This document shows, piece by piece, positions 60,363 to 64,000 of a stretch of 64,000 bases of DNA. The notes below the pieces were generated by a model, which was not told the origin of the DNA, made no database searches, and saw nothing but the letters and a program-made list of their open reading frames with translations. The stretch's first letter is position 1; the number at the start of each line of letters is the position of its first letter. This stretch comes from Clostridiales bacterium (GTDB lineage Bacteria > Bacillota > Clostridia > Oscillospirales > Oscillospiraceae), in assembly GCA_014799565.1 (NCBI GenBank), contig JAAVHT010000023.1:43561-107560 (forward strand). The letters are read 5' to 3'. The position numbers were made by a program, and so were the translations under genes.

Positions 60363-61061
60363 TCACTCGTCCGTCTCGTCGCCGGCCAGTTCCAGCAGGC
60401 GCATACCCGCCGTGCCGGTGACGGGCAGGGAGAACACGATGGACTGGGCTTTGGTATTCAGCCCCGCCTTGTCCATGATGGCCCGCATGATGCGGCTGCG
60501 GGTTTCCGACTTCACCACGATGAATACCATCTCTTTCTCATTCACCAGGGAGAAGCCCAGGAATTTCTCCGCCTTCTCCATGCCGGTGCCTTTGGCGTGG
60601 AGGACGGTGCCGCCCCCGGCCTGCTGTTCCCGGGCGGCGTCCATAATCAGCTCGGTGTGGCCCTGGTTGGCGATGACCACCAGCAGCTCATATTTGGTGT
60701 CCTTCAAGACGCTCTCCTCCCCTTTTTCAAAATTCTGGCCGTCGGTGAGAAAGGCCAGCGGCTTCTTGCCGCCGATGCTGCTCAGCGGGATGATAAAGGC
60801 GATACCCGTGCCGGGCACGTCGATCTTCAGCTCCCGCTGCATGGCGGTCTTCACCGTTCGCCATGTGCTCCGGGTAACCATGGAGAAGGTGACCACTTTC
60901 TCCGTCTTTTCCAGGCCAAAGTAGTCCAGCAGCTCGCTCCGCGCCGTGCCCGCCCCCAGGGTGCTCAGGGTGACGGTGACATTGTGCTTATTAAACAGCT
61001 CCAGAAACTGCTTGGCGGAGCCGCGCTCGGCGATGCTGACCATGAGATACAGTTCGTTCAT
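60363..61061 (-). CDS. Tandem PII-like protein
   Basis: Two PII-like repeats (GAGTA...EKVV...PGTGIAFIIP; GGTVLHAKGTG...EKEMV...IVFSLPV). Confidence 0.8.
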   Translation of the reverse strand: MNELYLMVSIAERGSAKQFLELFNKHNVTVTLSTLGAGTARSELLDYFGLEKTEKVVTFSMVTRSTWRTVKTAMQRELKIDVPGTGIAFIIPLSSIGGKKPLAFLTDGQNFEKGEESVLKDTKYELLVVIANQGHTELIMDAAREQQAGGGTVLHAKGTGMEKAEKFLGFSLVNEKEMVFIVVKSETRSRIMRAIMDKAGLNTKAQSIVFSLPVTGTAGMRLLELAGDETDE

Positions 61062-61106
61062 TAAAATTTTTCGCCCCGCTTTCTCAATTCCAGGTTGTCA
61101 CGCTGC

Positions 61107-61218
61107 GAAGCGGCCAGGGCGTTCGGTCGCTTTCCCTCCGACTCGACCTGGTCTGCGGGCGGCCGTGCCGCCCTTTGCTCGGTCTCGCTCCAGTCCAAGC
61201 TCCCTCACTGTCCGCTTC
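61107..61218. repeat. Intergenic hairpin element
   Basis: Inverted repeat gaagcggccag / ctgtccgcttc with inner hairpins; its 3' end resembles that of 49368-49512. Confidence 0.4.
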
Positions 61219-61225
61219 TCCGCGC

Positions 61226-62779
61226 TCATAGTTCAATAATCGCGTCGTCGTCCAGCTCGTCGAAGGACAGCGCCGGGGCGGGCTGGGCTTTGGCGGCGGC
61301 GTGCTGGCGGATCTGGTAGACCACGCCCAGGATCTGAATGGCGATCAGGGGCGTCATGGCCACCATGGCCACCACCCCGAAGGCGTCGGTGACAATGTTC
61401 CCGCCCACCGCCGCGCAGGCCCCCTGGGCGAAGGGGAGCAGGAAGGTGGCGGTCATGGGGCCGGAGGCCACGCCGCCGGAGTCAAAGGCGATGGCGGTAA
61501 AAATTCTCGGCACAAAGAAGGACAAAATAATGGCAATGGCATAACCGGGCGCCAGGAACCACAGGATGGACACCCCTGTCAGCACCCGCACCATGGCAAG
61601 GCCAATGGAGACCGCCACGCCGATGGACAGGCTGGCCCCCATGGCGGAGGAGGAGATGGCGCCGTCGGTGATCTCCTCCACCTGCTTGTTCAGCACGTAG
61701 ACGGCGGGCTCCGCCTTGACGATGAAGTAGCCGATGACCATGCCCACCGGGATGATGATCCAGCGGTAGTCAAGCTCCGCCATGACCTGCCCTAAGTAGT
61801 TACCCGCGGGCATAAAGCCCACGTTGGCCCCGGTGAGGAACAGCACCAGGCCGATGTAGGTGTAGACCAGGCCCACGCCGATCTTTTTCAACGTCCGAAT
61901 GGACAGCTTTAGGGATACCACTTGGAAAATCCCGAACAGGGCCGTGATGGGCAGAAGGGAAATGGCGATTTCTTTCATGTAGGTGGGCAGACCGGAGCGG
62001 AACAGCGCCCACAGCTCCACCGAGTCGGAGATCTCCGGCAGGACGGAGGCGGTGTACGCGCCGTCTTCGGGGCGGAAAATCATGCCCAGGATGAGTACCG
62101 CCAAAATGGGGCCGATGGAACACAGGGCCACCAGGCCGAAGCTGTCATCCGCGGCGTGGCGGTCGTTACGGATGGCGGAGATGCCCACGCCCAGGGCCAT
62201 GATGAAGGGGACGGTCATGGGCCCGGTGGTGACGCCGCCGGAGTCGAAGGCTACGGCCAGAAAATCCCGGGGGACGAACAGGGCCAGGACAAACACCACA
62301 ATATAGAAAAACACCAGCATGGGGGGCAGGGGGATGGCGAACAGCATACGCAGCAGGGCCAGCACCAGAAAGATGCCCACCCCCGCCGCCACCGCCAGGA
62401 TCAGCGTCATGTTGGGCACGGCGGGCACCTGCCCCGCCAGCACTTGGAGGTCGGGTTCCGAAATGGTGATGAGGAAGCCCAGCAAAAAGCCCATGGCGAT
62501 GATGACCGGCAGGCTCCGGCTGCGGGTGACGGCAGTGCCCACCCGTTCCCCCATAGGGGTCATGCTGGACTCGGCGCCCAGGGTAAAGAACATCATACCC
62601 ACCACGATCATCACCGCGCCCAGCAGGAAGCACAGCAGGATGCTGGGGGAGATGGGGGCCACGCTGAAGCACAGCACCACCACGATGCCCACGATGGGAA
62701 GCACCGCGCTCAGCGCTTCCAGCAGCTTTGCCTTTAATTTTGGGAGGGAACCGCGCAACCGCTCCACCGTCCTTTCCAT
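61226..62779 (-). CDS. Fused double DUF1538 membrane protein (putative transporter)
   Basis: Two repeats of EP...AFDSGGV(T/A)(T/S)GPMT...FG(L/V)VA. Confidence 0.88.
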   Translation of the reverse strand: MERTVERLRGSLPKLKAKLLEALSAVLPIVGIVVVLCFSVAPISPSILLCFLLGAVMIVVGMMFFTLGAESSMTPMGERVGTAVTRSRSLPVIIAMGFLLGFLITISEPDLQVLAGQVPAVPNMTLILAVAAGVGIFLVLALLRMLFAIPLPPMLVFFYIVVFVLALFVPRDFLAVAFDSGGVTTGPMTVPFIMALGVGISAIRNDRHAADDSFGLVALCSIGPILAVLILGMIFRPEDGAYTASVLPEISDSVELWALFRSGLPTYMKEIAISLLPITALFGIFQVVSLKLSIRTLKKIGVGLVYTYIGLVLFLTGANVGFMPAGNYLGQVMAELDYRWIIIPVGMVIGYFIVKAEPAVYVLNKQVEEITDGAISSSAMGASLSIGVAVSIGLAMVRVLTGVSILWFLAPGYAIAIILSFFVPRIFTAIAFDSGGVASGPMTATFLLPFAQGACAAVGGNIVTDAFGVVAMVAMTPLIAIQILGVVYQIRQHAAAKAQPAPALSFDELDDDAIIEL

Positions 62780-63062
62780 GGCACAAACTTCACCATTTTA
62801 TCAATATGTAGCAGTATATCAAAAAATGAGGGGTTTGCCAACACCCGGGCGGAAATTTTTGTTGGCAGTCACAGCCGCAGAGCGGAGAGAAAAAAGCGGT
62901 TTGTGGTTGTTTTCGGCGATGGAATGTGGTATCATAGACGCACTTGAAAAACTGTCAAGCGGCGGTTTTCGAGCGGGCCCCAAGGCCCTGCCGCGTGAAG
63001 TGCGGCGCGTTTCCTGTGAAATCTGTCTACAAGCCGGGCCTGCCCGGCGGAGCGGAGGCGCG

Positions 63063-64000
63063 ATGGAACAAAACAGAACGGCTTTTGGCCGTATGCCCGA
63101 CGGAACCCAAGTGGACAAGCTTACCCTGCGGGACGGGGCGTTCTCCTGTGAGATCATTACCTACGGCGGCGCGGTGCGCTCGCTGATGGTTCCAGACCGG
63201 GACGGGAACCCGGTGGACGTGGTGCTGGGGTTTGACACGCTGGCGGACTACCGGGCGCAGGATAAGTATATCGGCGCCCTGGTGGGACGGTACGCCAACC
63301 GGATCGGCGGGGCGAGGTTCACGCTGAACGGCGTGGAGTACAAGCTGGCCGCCAACAACGGGGAAAACTCCCTTCATGGGGGGGATGTGGGCTTCGACAA
63401 GCAGGTGTGGACGGTGGAGGAGCTGACGGACAATTCCGTGACCCTCTCCCTCACAAGCCCCGATGGGCAGGAGGGCTACCCCGGTACGCTGAAGGTAGAG
63501 GTGACCTACACCCTGGCTGACGGGGCGCTCAAGATCGATTACCGGGCCGAAAGCGACAGGGATACCGTCTGCAATCTGACTAACCACAGCTACTTCAACC
63601 TGTCCGGGCATGACAGCGGCAGCGTGGAAAGCCAGGACATCCGGCTGTACGCCTCCCGGTATACCCCCACTGTCCCCGGTTCCATCCCCACCGGGGAGAT
63701 CGCCCCTGTGGACGGCACCCCTATGGATCTGCGTACCCCTCAGCCCATTGGGGCGCATATCAACGATCCCTTCGACCAGCTCACCATGGCGGGGGGCTAC
63801 GATCACAACTGGGTGATTGACGAATTGAACACAGCCGCCGTGCGCCTTGCGGCGACGGCCTGGTCCCCGGATACAGGCATTCGCATGGAGGTTGCCACGA
63901 CCCAGCCGGGCGTGCAGTTCTACGCCGGAAATTTTGTGGGCGGCTGCCCCGCCGGGAAAGACGGCGCGGTGTACGGTGACCGCCACGGCTTCTGCCTGGA
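63063..64000 (+). CDS. galM: Aldose 1-epimerase (mutarotase); 3' end off the window
   Basis: Manual translation: DVVLGFD, GRYANRIGGA, NSLHGG, GYPG, NLTNHSYFNL, GGYDHNW, TTQPGVQFY, GFCL. Confidence 0.93.
   Translation, partial: MEQNRTAFGRMPDGTQVDKLTLRDGAFSCEIITYGGAVRSLMVPDRDGNPVDVVLGFDTLADYRAQDKYIGALVGRYANRIGGARFTLNGVEYKLAANNGENSLHGGDVGFDKQVWTVEELTDNSVTLSLTSPDGQEGYPGTLKVEVTYTLADGALKIDYRAESDRDTVCNLTNHSYFNLSGHDSGSVESQDIRLYASRYTPTVPGSIPTGEIAPVDGTPMDLRTPQPIGAHINDPFDQLTMAGGYDHNWVIDELNTAAVRLAATAWSPDTGIRMEVATTQPGVQFYAGNFVGGCPAGKDGAVYGDRHGFCL

Overview
High-GC chromosomal window from a gut-type Clostridia bacterium. Gene content and style suggest Oscillospiraceae (Flavonifractor/Lawsonibacter-like); this is an inference. 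Most of it is housekeeping: mfd, pth, prs, mutS, mreC, maf, zapA, glyQS, rplU-prp-rpmA-obgE, gap, divIVA-sepF-yggS, miaA-hfq, mnmG, murT-gatD, prmA, ileS, ricT-holB-darA and galM. It also has a TPP riboswitch, Gly and Ile T-boxes and a probable L21 leader. I saw no prophage, transposase, CRISPR array, rRNA or tRNA. Most notable candidates: (1) an ECF sigma factor translationally coupled to a membrane-anchored anti-sigma/serpin fusion, a possible protease-sensing switch; (2) an XRE regulator fused to an Hfq/Sm-like domain beside a membrane-anchored paralogous Sm-like protein; (3) a GatD lacking the catalytic Cys and His next to MurT; (4) acyltransferase genes lying between each T-box and its aminoacyl-tRNA synthetase; (5) an internal start site in a second anti-sigma gene; (6) several GC-rich hairpin/MITE-like intergenic elements; (7) an uncalled 53-aa Cys/His lipoprotein. 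All assignments are by eye from motifs and context; no searches were run.
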